From: Candidatus Latescibacterota bacterium
GTDB lineage: Bacteria; Latescibacterota; UBA2968; GCA-2709665
Direction of reading: 5' to 3'
Assembly: GCA_965116875.1 (NCBI GenBank)
Contig: OZ220733.1
Location: 2,016,001-2,080,000 of the forward strand
DNA length: 64,000 nucleotides
Positions 48,362 through 57,588 of the stretch are shown here, piece after piece. The position numbers were made by a program, and so were the translations under genes. How positions within the stretch are numbered: the stretch's first letter is position 1; every line of letters starts with the position of its first letter. The notes under the pieces were generated by a model that was not told the DNA's origin, did no database searches, and worked only from the letters and a program-made list of their open reading frames with translations.

Positions 48362-51300
48362 ATGAGATCTCAAATTGGATGCATACGCATAGTCCGGCGG
48401 ACTATGATCGCGTTTTCCGTAGCGATATTCGCGAGTGTCTGCGCTCATGACGACACAGATGCGCAAACTCGCCGACAGTCGAGATCCGTGTCGAGCGAAG
48501 GGACGACCGCCTGGGCGGTGGGGATGGAAACCGGCCCGGTCGCCGTTACGGAGATCTGGGTCGAGAGCGAGAGAGGCGCGCCACGTCGTCTGGGCATCTT
48601 TCCGGGTCCCCCCGGGGATCTGGCGTGGACGCCAGGTGGGAAGAAGCTTCATTACCGGTCAATGCCGCTGCAGGTCGCGCTGCACAGTCTTTCAATGGTC
48701 CCGAAGCGATCCGAACCGCTGGTCCAGTCCGTCGTTTGGGAAATCTCGATTTCTGATGGATCCGTAAAGCGTCTGCAGGGAACAGAAGTGCACGAACCCG
48801 AAACACCACCGGTTGCGACCGGTGACGCATCTTCGGCTCCGAGCATTGGAGCCAAAGCTGCTCTGTCCGGCGTCGCTGCAGCGTTCAAAGCCACGGCCCT
48901 AGCTTACAGCACCTTGCATCGATGGGACTTTGAAGAGGCGGAAGACAGGTACCGAAAAGCAGCGAAGGCATGGGGGGCTCTCCCCTCGCGATTCAGCAAA
49001 CAGGGCCTGTTCAGAGAGCCGCTAAACGCCTATGTCAAAGCGCTCGGCGCGATGTCCAGAGAAGCCGAAGAAAAATCAGGCGCCCGCTGGGTCTGTCGGG
49101 ATCATCTTGCCGTTATCGGAGACCTGCTGCAGGCATACGAACAGGACCACGACGGCCAGCGGCCAACGGACCTTAACGCACTCAAAATGTGGGTCGAATC
49201 CCATACCCTGACCCGCGCCGACTCGGTCGTCATGAAGACGCTGTTCCGATCGCCGGCCGACCCGGAAGGCAGCAGGCCGATCAGCTACACGCACGGCTAT
49301 CGACCGGAAGCTGTGGCGGGCGAAGCCGTGGTCACGAGTTTCTTCCACGGCGGTCACCTTATAGAATCAGTCCGCACCGGCGCAGGCTATCGAATCATCG
49401 ATCGACGCGCTGGCCGTGCTCAGATCGACTCACTCCTTGCCCTTGGGATGGAACTCACCCCAAGAAATCCTCTTCGGGCGATCTCCACGCTGGAGGTCCT
49501 TGCCGGCGTCGCGCCGGGTTTTGCAGCCGGCCACAGCAAGCTTGGGTTCGCCTACCTGGAGGTTGGGAACCTGGTTCGCGCCATTCACGCGTTTGAAAGT
49601 GCGATAGAAAGCGACCACACGCTGGCCGAAGCCTATTACGGTCTGGGTCTCACCTTCCGAAGGTGGCCCAGGGGCTCCTACGACGCCATCCGCTACTTTC
49701 AGAAAGCGCTCCAGTATAAGCGGGACTACGTCGAAGCCCGTTACAATATCGCAGAGGTCCGGCACGAACTGGAAGAACACGACGCCCGGCTCGATCTCGA
49801 AAAACTGATGGAAATTGACCCACGCTATGCTCCCGCCTACCTGCTGATGGGAAAATGGTACGAAGAGTTCGAAAAGGACTACGAGAACGCAGCGCTTTAT
49901 TATGCCCAATATATGGGTCTGGCGCCCCACGATCCGGAGGGCAGGAAACGCCTCGCCGCGGTCTACCTGGAAACCCGCAATTACGAGCGTATTGCCGAGA
50001 TGCTGCAGGAATACGCCCTTGAACATCCCGACGACATCCAGATCCTGCCGATTCTCGCGCAGGCCTGTTCCAGGTTGGGAGCCTTTGACAGGGCTGAAGC
50101 ATTTTTCAGGGACTACCTCGAGGCGGTTGATGCGGCCGAACGGGCGCACTACGAAGATATAGCTCTCGTTACGTCTTCCGAGCAGTTGGCGGAATTTGAG
50201 CGGACCCCGTTGTCGGACCGGCCGGCATTTCTGCACTCATTCTGGTCCGATCGAGACCCCGACCTGACCACGGCGGCAAACGAACGCCGGCTGGAGCACT
50301 ACCGTCGGGTGTGGTATTCGATGCAGAATTTTTCGGAGGGCAAGCGGCCGTGGGACCAGCGCGGCGAAGTGTATATCCGGTTCGGTGAGCCGGACCACCG
50401 GTCGCGCTCCGACAACAGAAACTTCCAGCAGTCCCTGGCGGTCCAACGGATAAAGGAACGTCTCTCCACGGCGCTCTACGGCGCAGCCGTCCCGCCGCAC
50501 ATGTTTCTGAAGTCAGCAACCGATCTGGATGGTATCGGGCACGCCAGGGGCGACGTACCGATTCAGACCTCGGGCCCGGGCGCGACGTACGCCGGTCCGG
50601 TCTATCCTGTGCGCAGCCATCGGACCATGAGCGCTGGTGGGTCTCCCGGATTCAGCGCCGAATACCAGGGGGATGGTATCAAATCGAAACAAGCTGCCCG
50701 GTTGGGGATCGACCGTGCCGAGCAGGAAGAACAGATACTCGGCGCCGGCAGGGGAAGCGGCAGACCGTTGAACTTCAAACCTGTGACCAGTGAGGATGAC
50801 GCCTCAATCGTCCCCTGGGAGACGTGGGTGTACGTGAACGTGGGCGGTGGCATCGAAATCACGTTCACCGACGAATTCCACAACGGCACCTATAACTACG
50901 CGCCCGCTCCGCTGGACGCCCGAATTCCCAGCCGCCAGCAGGCCATGTTGAATCGCTACAACCCCCACAACGTCTATCGCATGGCCGCTGCGGCAACCCC
51001 CGATTACTATGTACCGCCTCTGAACGAGGATCCGATGGAGTTCTATTACGACTCGGCTGACTTCAGAAGCGAACAGGGTTACGATACGGCGCTCGAAGTC
51101 TACGCTGGAATACCTCGACGGCAAGGCCATTACCTGCGTGATGAAGACCGCACGGAAATAGATGCCGACCGGACGGTGGCTCTTCGTAATCGAACGACGG
51201 GAGCGGTCTACCGTAGTCACGAACTGATACGTTTCGCCGCCAGGGGAGACGTAACCACAGAACGCGGCGGGTTTGTTCCTGACCTTGCCCGCATGGACGT

Positions 51301-51856
51301 TCCGGCCGGCCTCTATCGGATGGAAGTCAAGTTGAAGGACCGTCTTTCCGCCCGGCACGCGCGGTACCGCCAGGACGTGGAGGTGGAATCCTATAGGGGG
51401 ACGGGTCTTCAGTTGAGCGATTTGGAAATGGCCTGGCGCATTTCCACGAGCGAGAACGAGGACAAATTCAGCAAGGGAAGACTGTGGGTCATTCCCATGC
51501 CCACCCGGACGTACGAAAAAGGCCAGAGCGTATTCGTCTACTACGAAATCTACAACCTGTCGAAGGACGAATTCGGACAGACGAACTACGAAGTGTCCTA
51601 CACGGTCACGTCAAACGACAACCCCGGCGCCGCCGGTATCATCTCCAGCCTGACCCGGTGGAGGGAAGGCAAACGCGAGGTACTCTCCGTTACGTACCAG
51701 CAGCAGGGCACGGCGACCCAGGAAGCGGAATACGTGGAACTCGAGCTGGAAAACCGTCCGGTGGGGAAATACCTGCTGAAGGTAACCGTCATGGACCGGA
51801 ACAGCGGGGAGACAGTAGATAAAGACGCCGGTTTTGTGATCACGGAAATGGATTAG
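48362..51856 (+). CDS. TPR and GWxTD-domain protein, paralogue 5
   Basis: Signal-like N-terminus, TPRs, FWSDRDPDL, PWDQRGEVYIRFGEPD and VYYEIYNL. The ORF is open from 48332. Confidence 0.87.
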   Translation: MRSQIGCIRIVRRTMIAFSVAIFASVCAHDDTDAQTRRQSRSVSSEGTTAWAVGMETGPVAVTEIWVESERGAPRRLGIFPGPPGDLAWTPGGKKLHYRSMPLQVALHSLSMVPKRSEPLVQSVVWEISISDGSVKRLQGTEVHEPETPPVATGDASSAPSIGAKAALSGVAAAFKATALAYSTLHRWDFEEAEDRYRKAAKAWGALPSRFSKQGLFREPLNAYVKALGAMSREAEEKSGARWVCRDHLAVIGDLLQAYEQDHDGQRPTDLNALKMWVESHTLTRADSVVMKTLFRSPADPEGSRPISYTHGYRPEAVAGEAVVTSFFHGGHLIESVRTGAGYRIIDRRAGRAQIDSLLALGMELTPRNPLRAISTLEVLAGVAPGFAAGHSKLGFAYLEVGNLVRAIHAFESAIESDHTLAEAYYGLGLTFRRWPRGSYDAIRYFQKALQYKRDYVEARYNIAEVRHELEEHDARLDLEKLMEIDPRYAPAYLLMGKWYEEFEKDYENAALYYAQYMGLAPHDPEGRKRLAAVYLETRNYERIAEMLQEYALEHPDDIQILPILAQACSRLGAFDRAEAFFRDYLEAVDAAERAHYEDIALVTSSEQLAEFERTPLSDRPAFLHSFWSDRDPDLTTAANERRLEHYRRVWYSMQNFSEGKRPWDQRGEVYIRFGEPDHRSRSDNRNFQQSLAVQRIKERLSTALYGAAVPPHMFLKSATDLDGIGHARGDVPIQTSGPGATYAGPVYPVRSHRTMSAGGSPGFSAEYQGDGIKSKQAARLGIDRAEQEEQILGAGRGSGRPLNFKPVTSEDDASIVPWETWVYVNVGGGIEITFTDEFHNGTYNYAPAPLDARIPSRQQAMLNRYNPHNVYRMAAAATPDYYVPPLNEDPMEFYYDSADFRSEQGYDTALEVYAGIPRRQGHYLRDEDRTEIDADRTVALRNRTTGAVYRSHELIRFAARGDVTTERGGFVPDLARMDVPAGLYRMEVKLKDRLSARHARYRQDVEVESYRGTGLQLSDLEMAWRISTSENEDKFSKGRLWVIPMPTRTYEKGQSVFVYYEIYNLSKDEFGQTNYEVSYTVTSNDNPGAAGIISSLTRWREGKREVLSVTYQQQGTATQEAEYVELELENRPVGKYLLKVTVMDRNSGETVDKDAGFVITEMD

Positions 51857-51870
51857 ATTAGACCTTACAG

Positions 51871-52489
51871 CACTGCTGTCCAAGAACCGCGGGATTCCTG
51901 GAGATGAGGTTCGAAAAATGGATTCCTTTCGCGATTATGGACGGCTTTGACCCCGACAACGAAGACCAGTTTGCCATGGGTTCGCGTCTGTTGCATGGCT
52001 TCTCATACTGACCGGAGTCAAAGCATTTTTCGCCGCTTCCGTACCGTGCTGGAGGCGGACGTGCTGCCTCCCAGGTATTGAAACGTGCAAATCGCACGGG
52101 AATAATGCGATGCTGCAGTAGATCCTTCGTCGGCCTGGCACCCCATCGGGATGACCGTACGAAGAACGTGTGACGGACGCGTTTCGCCTATGTCGTGCGC
52201 AGGCCTCCTCTGGATGACAGCGGGAAGAAACACGCTTGCATATGGGCCAACATGTCATTCTGAGCGGAGTCGAAGAATCTCCCGTCTCGATTAGACGTGT
52301 CGCAGATGCTCTTTGAAGACGAACCTGTGCGCGGACGCTTTGCCAGACTCTCCTCCTCATCTGCATAACATTCGGCCGAAAGTGTGAACGATACATTTCG
52401 CCAATCGTTGTGGGCGAATTTTCCATCCGTATATTTCGTACACTTTCGCATCTTTCGTAGGTTACCACACCCGTTTTTGGACAGGTGTG
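51871..52489. mobile_element. MITE type B (same termini as type A, different interior)
   Basis: CACTGCTGTCCAA ... TTGGACAGGTGTG. The first ~115 bp and 52253-52286 recur at 63318-63474. No target duplication seen. Confidence 0.65.
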
Positions 52490-52518
52490 ATATGAGATAA
52501 AACCAACAAAGGTTTTAG

Positions 52519-52553
52519 AGGGTGGGGCGGACATTCCTGTCTGCCCGCATCGC
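52519..52553. repeat. REP-like palindrome (inverted copy at 63537-63572)
   Basis: GGGGCGGACATTCCTGTCTGCCC hairpin. Confidence 0.65.
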
Positions 52554-52601
52554 CAGCCCTATCGCGTAGATGTCACACTCACAGGTTTTTAAAACGCGGG
52601 A

Positions 52602-53720
52602 ATGGAGATGATCGGCAGATTCCTCATAGCGTTGTTTGTCGTCACGAACTTCTGGGCTTGCGGAAGCGATTCGGTGATGATGCCGGACCTTGAACGGGGT
52701 CTCCACGAGGTTGGAAATCTGACACGACCCAGGAATCTGCATGTCGCGACACGACTGCAGAATGGCAAGGTCCTGATTGCCGGCGGCAACGCGGCACTAC
52801 CTCCTGCCGGAGAAGGTGTTGTGGAGCAGGATCTTATTGTCAGCGCGGAGATTTTCGATCCGGAAACGGGGGTCTCAACGCCTACGGGAGACCTGTCCGC
52901 CGGTCGCAGCAAGGACCACGGAATATTGCTTCCCGACAGTCGGGTTCTGATTATATCCAGTTGGTTAAGACTCCCTATTCAGATGTACGATCCTTATTCC
53001 GGCAGGTTCGACGCCGTTGCAGACGCACCCTTCACTTTCGGCACCCGGACTGCCACCCTGTTGCCCAACGGAGAGGTCCTTTTAATCAGCGGGCACCCCG
53101 GGGGTGGACGATGGCGTGTTTTCGATTCCGCTACAGGCACACTTTCCGACACCTTCGCGATGGACCATCCAGGATTTGGGCATACGGCGACTTTGTTGAA
53201 GGACGGCCGCGTGCTGATCGTTGGAGGAAAACCTTTCGGAGGGGAATGGTTGCGGGGACAGAATTTCATCTACGATCCCTCGTCCGAAACCTTTTCAGAA
53301 GCAGGCAGCCTTCAGGTCGACCGCATGCGCCATAAGGCGGTGCTCCTTCAGGACGGCAGGGTAATGATCGTCGGCGGCTACAGGCGAGACGGGCGTCGCG
53401 CACAGACGCCCGAGATCTATAATCCCGAGACAAACACTTTCTCGCCCGCCGGAACTTCCGTAATGGATCCCCTGGCCGCCCTGCTGCTGCCGTCCGGCAG
53501 GGTGTTTTTCATCCACCGGGACAACGGCAATATCGCACTGTACAATCCGGACACGCAGGTATTTTCGCCTACGGGACACAGCATAGGACCGTGGCGATCC
53601 GGGCAGACTGTTACGCTCCTCGATAACGGCCGCGTCGTTATCGCCGGCGGATTGAAGACGGCGGATGGCGGTCATACTCCTGAGTCGATTACGGATCAGA
53701 TTTTCATCTTCACGCCTTAG
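52602..53720 (+). CDS. Kelch/galactose-oxidase-type repeat lipoprotein, paralogue 2
   Basis: Lipobox FWAC, HTATLLKDGRVLIVGG repeats, and SAEIFDPETG and TGHSIG shared with 43217-44335. Confidence 0.87.
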   Translation: MEMIGRFLIALFVVTNFWACGSDSVMMPDLERGLHEVGNLTRPRNLHVATRLQNGKVLIAGGNAALPPAGEGVVEQDLIVSAEIFDPETGVSTPTGDLSAGRSKDHGILLPDSRVLIISSWLRLPIQMYDPYSGRFDAVADAPFTFGTRTATLLPNGEVLLISGHPGGGRWRVFDSATGTLSDTFAMDHPGFGHTATLLKDGRVLIVGGKPFGGEWLRGQNFIYDPSSETFSEAGSLQVDRMRHKAVLLQDGRVMIVGGYRRDGRRAQTPEIYNPETNTFSPAGTSVMDPLAALLLPSGRVFFIHRDNGNIALYNPDTQVFSPTGHSIGPWRSGQTVTLLDNGRVVIAGGLKTADGGHTPESITDQIFIFTP

Positions 53721-54063
53721 CCTGCATCATTCAATAAACAGGCAACTGGTGTTCCATTACCCATCGACGTGCTGACCTCGCCTTCACGTTTGCATCGAAA
53801 CGACCAATGGCCAAGGAGGCGTTTGTGCTTTCGATAGCGGCATTCAGGGCAACCTCACGCCACGGCGCTATCGTGTTCCCAGCACACACCCCACAAACGG
53901 CGTGAACGCGCCAAATCCGTCACCGCCCTTGCTCTTTCGTTTCTCGTTTCATCCGGAAATTCTTTCTGCTTCCGTAAAATCCATTATCCGTCGATTCCTG
54001 AATGAATCAGGTTAGAATCTACTTTCTGCATTCCGCGAGAAAATCCCGAAGATCTGGAACCCA

Positions 54064-57000
54064 ATGCATCAATCCAATCCATCCCGTCCACAAATCCCTC
54101 TCGTCTTCGGCAGCATTCTGACGGCGATGTTTCGTTCAATGCCGATCTGGACGATTCTGACACTCGGAACTTCCGACGCATTGTCGCAACAGACCTTTGT
54201 GGTCGACCCGTCGAACGAGAAGAGAGCCTGGACGGTCACATGGTCTGAGGGACCGGTGAGCTTGACTGAAGTGTGGGTAGAGGCGTCCGAAGCGACCCGC
54301 CGTCTGGGCACATTTCCCGGTGAGTCGGGTGGATTGGCGTGGAATTCGGCGAGTGACGGGCTCTTCTACCACGAGAAACCATTTGAAACAAAGATGATCG
54401 GTATCTCTCTGATGGAACGAAGGTCGTCCCCACTGTCAACTCCGCGCATCTGGGAGATCCCCGTCGGTCCAGGTCCAATACGTACCATCCCGGACAGAAA
54501 CGTCAGTGATACAGGCGCAGGCAAGGCACACACATTCGTCACCAGCGATCCGGGTCCCGCGTCCAAAGAGACATTGGCCGCGCTGCAAGCTCTGGGGACC
54601 GCATTTCAGACAGCCGCGCTGGCCTACACCGCCCTGCACCAATGGGACTTCGAAAGCGCCTCAGACAAGTATCGCATGGCGGCTTCAGTTTTCGAGGCCC
54701 TGCGCCGCCGCCATGGGACGGTTGGATTCTATGCGGAACCGATCGCCGCGTACCTGCGCGAACTGAAACGACGAGCAATGGATGCTCAAAAAAACGGCGC
54801 GCGTTGGGTTTGCCGAGACCATCTAAGGGTTCTCGCGGATCTCTTCCTTACCTATGCCGATGCGCACGAGGGACGTCGCCCGGAAACCCTTCCATTGCTC
54901 AAGTCCTGGGTAGCGGAGCAAGTTTCATCAAAGCAAGACCTGGATGTTCTCAATACTCTGTTTCGCTCTCCTGCGGATCCCGAATCCGGTCGCGAGTTCA
55001 GCTACTTCTACCGTGTTGACGCGTCCCCAAGCCAGGCGGTATTGACCAGCTATTTCTTTAAAGGACGGCTGGTGGAACTGGTTCACGATCCGGGTGGAGA
55101 CGTGGTACAGGACAGATCCGTTGATCGCGCGCAGGTCGACTCACTTCTTTCCGCGGGGTTGGCTCTGTTGGAATCCAGGAATCCGCTTTCGCCCCAAGCG
55201 TTGGAAATGGTAACGCGGGTCGCGCCTCGTTTCGCATTGGGACATTCAAAAGCGGGCTATGCCTATCTGGAATCGGGGCAACTGAAGAAAGCGCTGGCAT
55301 CGTTCGAACGGGCGACCCGATTGGATCACAGACTGGCCGAAGCGTACAACGGACTGGGCCTCGTGTTTCAACAGCGCCCGAAAGCACGGCACGACGCCAT
55401 TCGATATTTCCAGAAAGCGCTCCAGTACGACCGGGACTATATCGAAGCGCGATTCAACATTGCGAAGATCAGGTATACGCTAAAGGAGTACGACGTAAAG
55501 AGTGACTGTGAGAAGCTGCTCGAAATGGATCCGACGTTCGGGCCTGCCCATTTGCTCCTGGGAGAGTGGTACGAGACTTTCCACAAGGATTATGAACGCG
55601 CGGCGCTCCACTACGCCCAGTACATGTCCCTGCGTCCGGATGACCCGCGGGGCCGGAACCGATTGGCGGCTGTCTACCTGAAATCCCGGGAATATGCCAG
55701 GATCGTCGAACTCCTGGAAAGCTACGCCCGCGAGCATCCGGATGACGCTGAAATCCTTCCCATATTGGCGCAGGCCTGTCTTAAACTGGGAGCCCTCGAT
55801 CAGGCTGATGTATACTTCAAGAGGTATCTGGAGAGTTTGGGCGCTGAGGAACGTGCACTGTTCGGCGATATCCGTCTCGTGGCGTCGGACATCGAGATGG
55901 CGGCCTTTGAAGCGTCGCCGGAAACGTTAAAGGGGGCGTTCCTGGAAAGGTTCTGGATTGAAAAAGACCCTGATTTAACGACGTCGGCCAACGAACGTAA
56001 GCTGGAGCATTATCGCCGGGTGTGGTACGCTCGCCGCAGCTTTTCGTCTGGTCGACACCCCTGGGACCGCCGCGGCGACGTGTACGTGCGTTTCGGAGAG
56101 CCGGATTATCGTTCGCGGTCCGATATGATGAACGTGGATCAGAGCCTTGCCGTCCAGCGGGTCAAGGAACGCCTTGCCCGTGCGATATATGGTACTTCGG
56201 TGCCTGCGAAATACTTTCTCAAGCCGGCTGAGGACGCAAAGGGGATTCGGCACATTGCTGGAGATTACAAGCTTCAAACGTCTCCTTTCGAGTCCATTTA
56301 TCCCGGCCCGGTCTATCCCGTTCAAAGCCTGCGGCAGTCTTTGGGCGAAGGCCCCGAATTCAGCGCAGAACTCAAGGACGATCCTGGAAGTAACACACAC
56401 GCCAGCGATGCCCTTCCTCCCACGAACTACAGGCCGGTCTCCAGCGAGGAAGATGCGTCTATGGTTGCCTGGGAGACCTGGGTCTACGTGGACGTCGGCG
56501 GCGGAATCGAAATCACGTTTACGGATGAATTCCAAAACGGGATCTACGACTATGCGCCGTCCCCTTCGGATGCTCGGATACCCGTCCGACAGCAGGCAAG
56601 TCTGAATCGCTACAATCCGAGGACCGTCACCGCCCAAGCCGCCAGCGCAACGCCCAACTATTATCAGTTCGAAGCCAATGAAGATCCTTTCACGTTCTAT
56701 TACGATCTGGCGGATTTTCGACGGGACGACCGATCCTCATTGGAAGTTTATCTGGGCGTTCCTCACGTTACGGGACACTACCGGCAGGAGGCGAACGAAA
56801 CCCGGATTGAAATTGAACGGACCGTCGCGCTACTCAACAGGCAGACCGGTGAAATCTACCGGAGAGACGGACAGCTCACCTTCGAGAACGACGGCGACCT
56901 TACCGGGAGGCGAGACGGCTTCGTACCGGATATGATTCGTCTGGCCATTCCGCCGGGGCGTTATCTGATGGAGGTGGGGGTAAAGGACCGATTGTCCCAG

Positions 57001-57504
57001 AATCGGGGCAGATATCGTCAGGAGGTAATCGTAGAACCGTACGGAAGGCAAGGCTTACAGATCAGCGACCTGCAACTCGCCTGGCGCATTGAAACAGAGC
57101 TGACAGGATCCAGATTCAGCAAGGGTGAAGTGCGCGTGATTCCAATGCCCACGAGGACCTACGGGTCAGGCCAGAGCGTATTCGTCTACTACGAAATCTA
57201 CAATCTGTCGAAGGACGAATTCGGGCAGACGAATTACACTGTATCCTATACCATCACATCCAAAGACACACCCGGCACGGTGAGCGACATTTCGCGGCTG
57301 TTCAGGTGGCGAACCGGAATACGCGAAGAACTGGCCGTCACGTACGAGCAGCAGGGCGGGTCTGGCGACGAAGTCGAATACGTGGAAATCGAACTGGAGA
57401 ACCGTCCGGTGGGGAAATACCTGTTGAGAGTAACCGTCGTGGACCGGAACAGCGGGGAAACCGTTGAGAAGGGCGCTGTATTTCTTATCGCGAAAACGGA
57501 TTGA
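54064..57504 (+). CDS. TPR and GWxTD-domain protein, paralogue 6
   Basis: TPRs, FWIEKDPDL and PWDRRGDVYVRFGEPD; closest to 48362-51856. Confidence 0.87.
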   Translation: MHQSNPSRPQIPLVFGSILTAMFRSMPIWTILTLGTSDALSQQTFVVDPSNEKRAWTVTWSEGPVSLTEVWVEASEATRRLGTFPGESGGLAWNSASDGLFYHEKPFETKMIGISLMERRSSPLSTPRIWEIPVGPGPIRTIPDRNVSDTGAGKAHTFVTSDPGPASKETLAALQALGTAFQTAALAYTALHQWDFESASDKYRMAASVFEALRRRHGTVGFYAEPIAAYLRELKRRAMDAQKNGARWVCRDHLRVLADLFLTYADAHEGRRPETLPLLKSWVAEQVSSKQDLDVLNTLFRSPADPESGREFSYFYRVDASPSQAVLTSYFFKGRLVELVHDPGGDVVQDRSVDRAQVDSLLSAGLALLESRNPLSPQALEMVTRVAPRFALGHSKAGYAYLESGQLKKALASFERATRLDHRLAEAYNGLGLVFQQRPKARHDAIRYFQKALQYDRDYIEARFNIAKIRYTLKEYDVKSDCEKLLEMDPTFGPAHLLLGEWYETFHKDYERAALHYAQYMSLRPDDPRGRNRLAAVYLKSREYARIVELLESYAREHPDDAEILPILAQACLKLGALDQADVYFKRYLESLGAEERALFGDIRLVASDIEMAAFEASPETLKGAFLERFWIEKDPDLTTSANERKLEHYRRVWYARRSFSSGRHPWDRRGDVYVRFGEPDYRSRSDMMNVDQSLAVQRVKERLARAIYGTSVPAKYFLKPAEDAKGIRHIAGDYKLQTSPFESIYPGPVYPVQSLRQSLGEGPEFSAELKDDPGSNTHASDALPPTNYRPVSSEEDASMVAWETWVYVDVGGGIEITFTDEFQNGIYDYAPSPSDARIPVRQQASLNRYNPRTVTAQAASATPNYYQFEANEDPFTFYYDLADFRRDDRSSLEVYLGVPHVTGHYRQEANETRIEIERTVALLNRQTGEIYRRDGQLTFENDGDLTGRRDGFVPDMIRLAIPPGRYLMEVGVKDRLSQNRGRYRQEVIVEPYGRQGLQISDLQLAWRIETELTGSRFSKGEVRVIPMPTRTYGSGQSVFVYYEIYNLSKDEFGQTNYTVSYTITSKDTPGTVSDISRLFRWRTGIREELAVTYEQQGGSGDEVEYVEIELENRPVGKYLLRVTVVDRNSGETVEKGAVFLIAKTD

Positions 57505-57588
57505 GGGATAGTCGCGAGTGTTGCGCGCGAACAACAGTAATCCGGAAAGAGAATTCGCGGCAGGATAGATCGGAAAGGACCAGGAACG

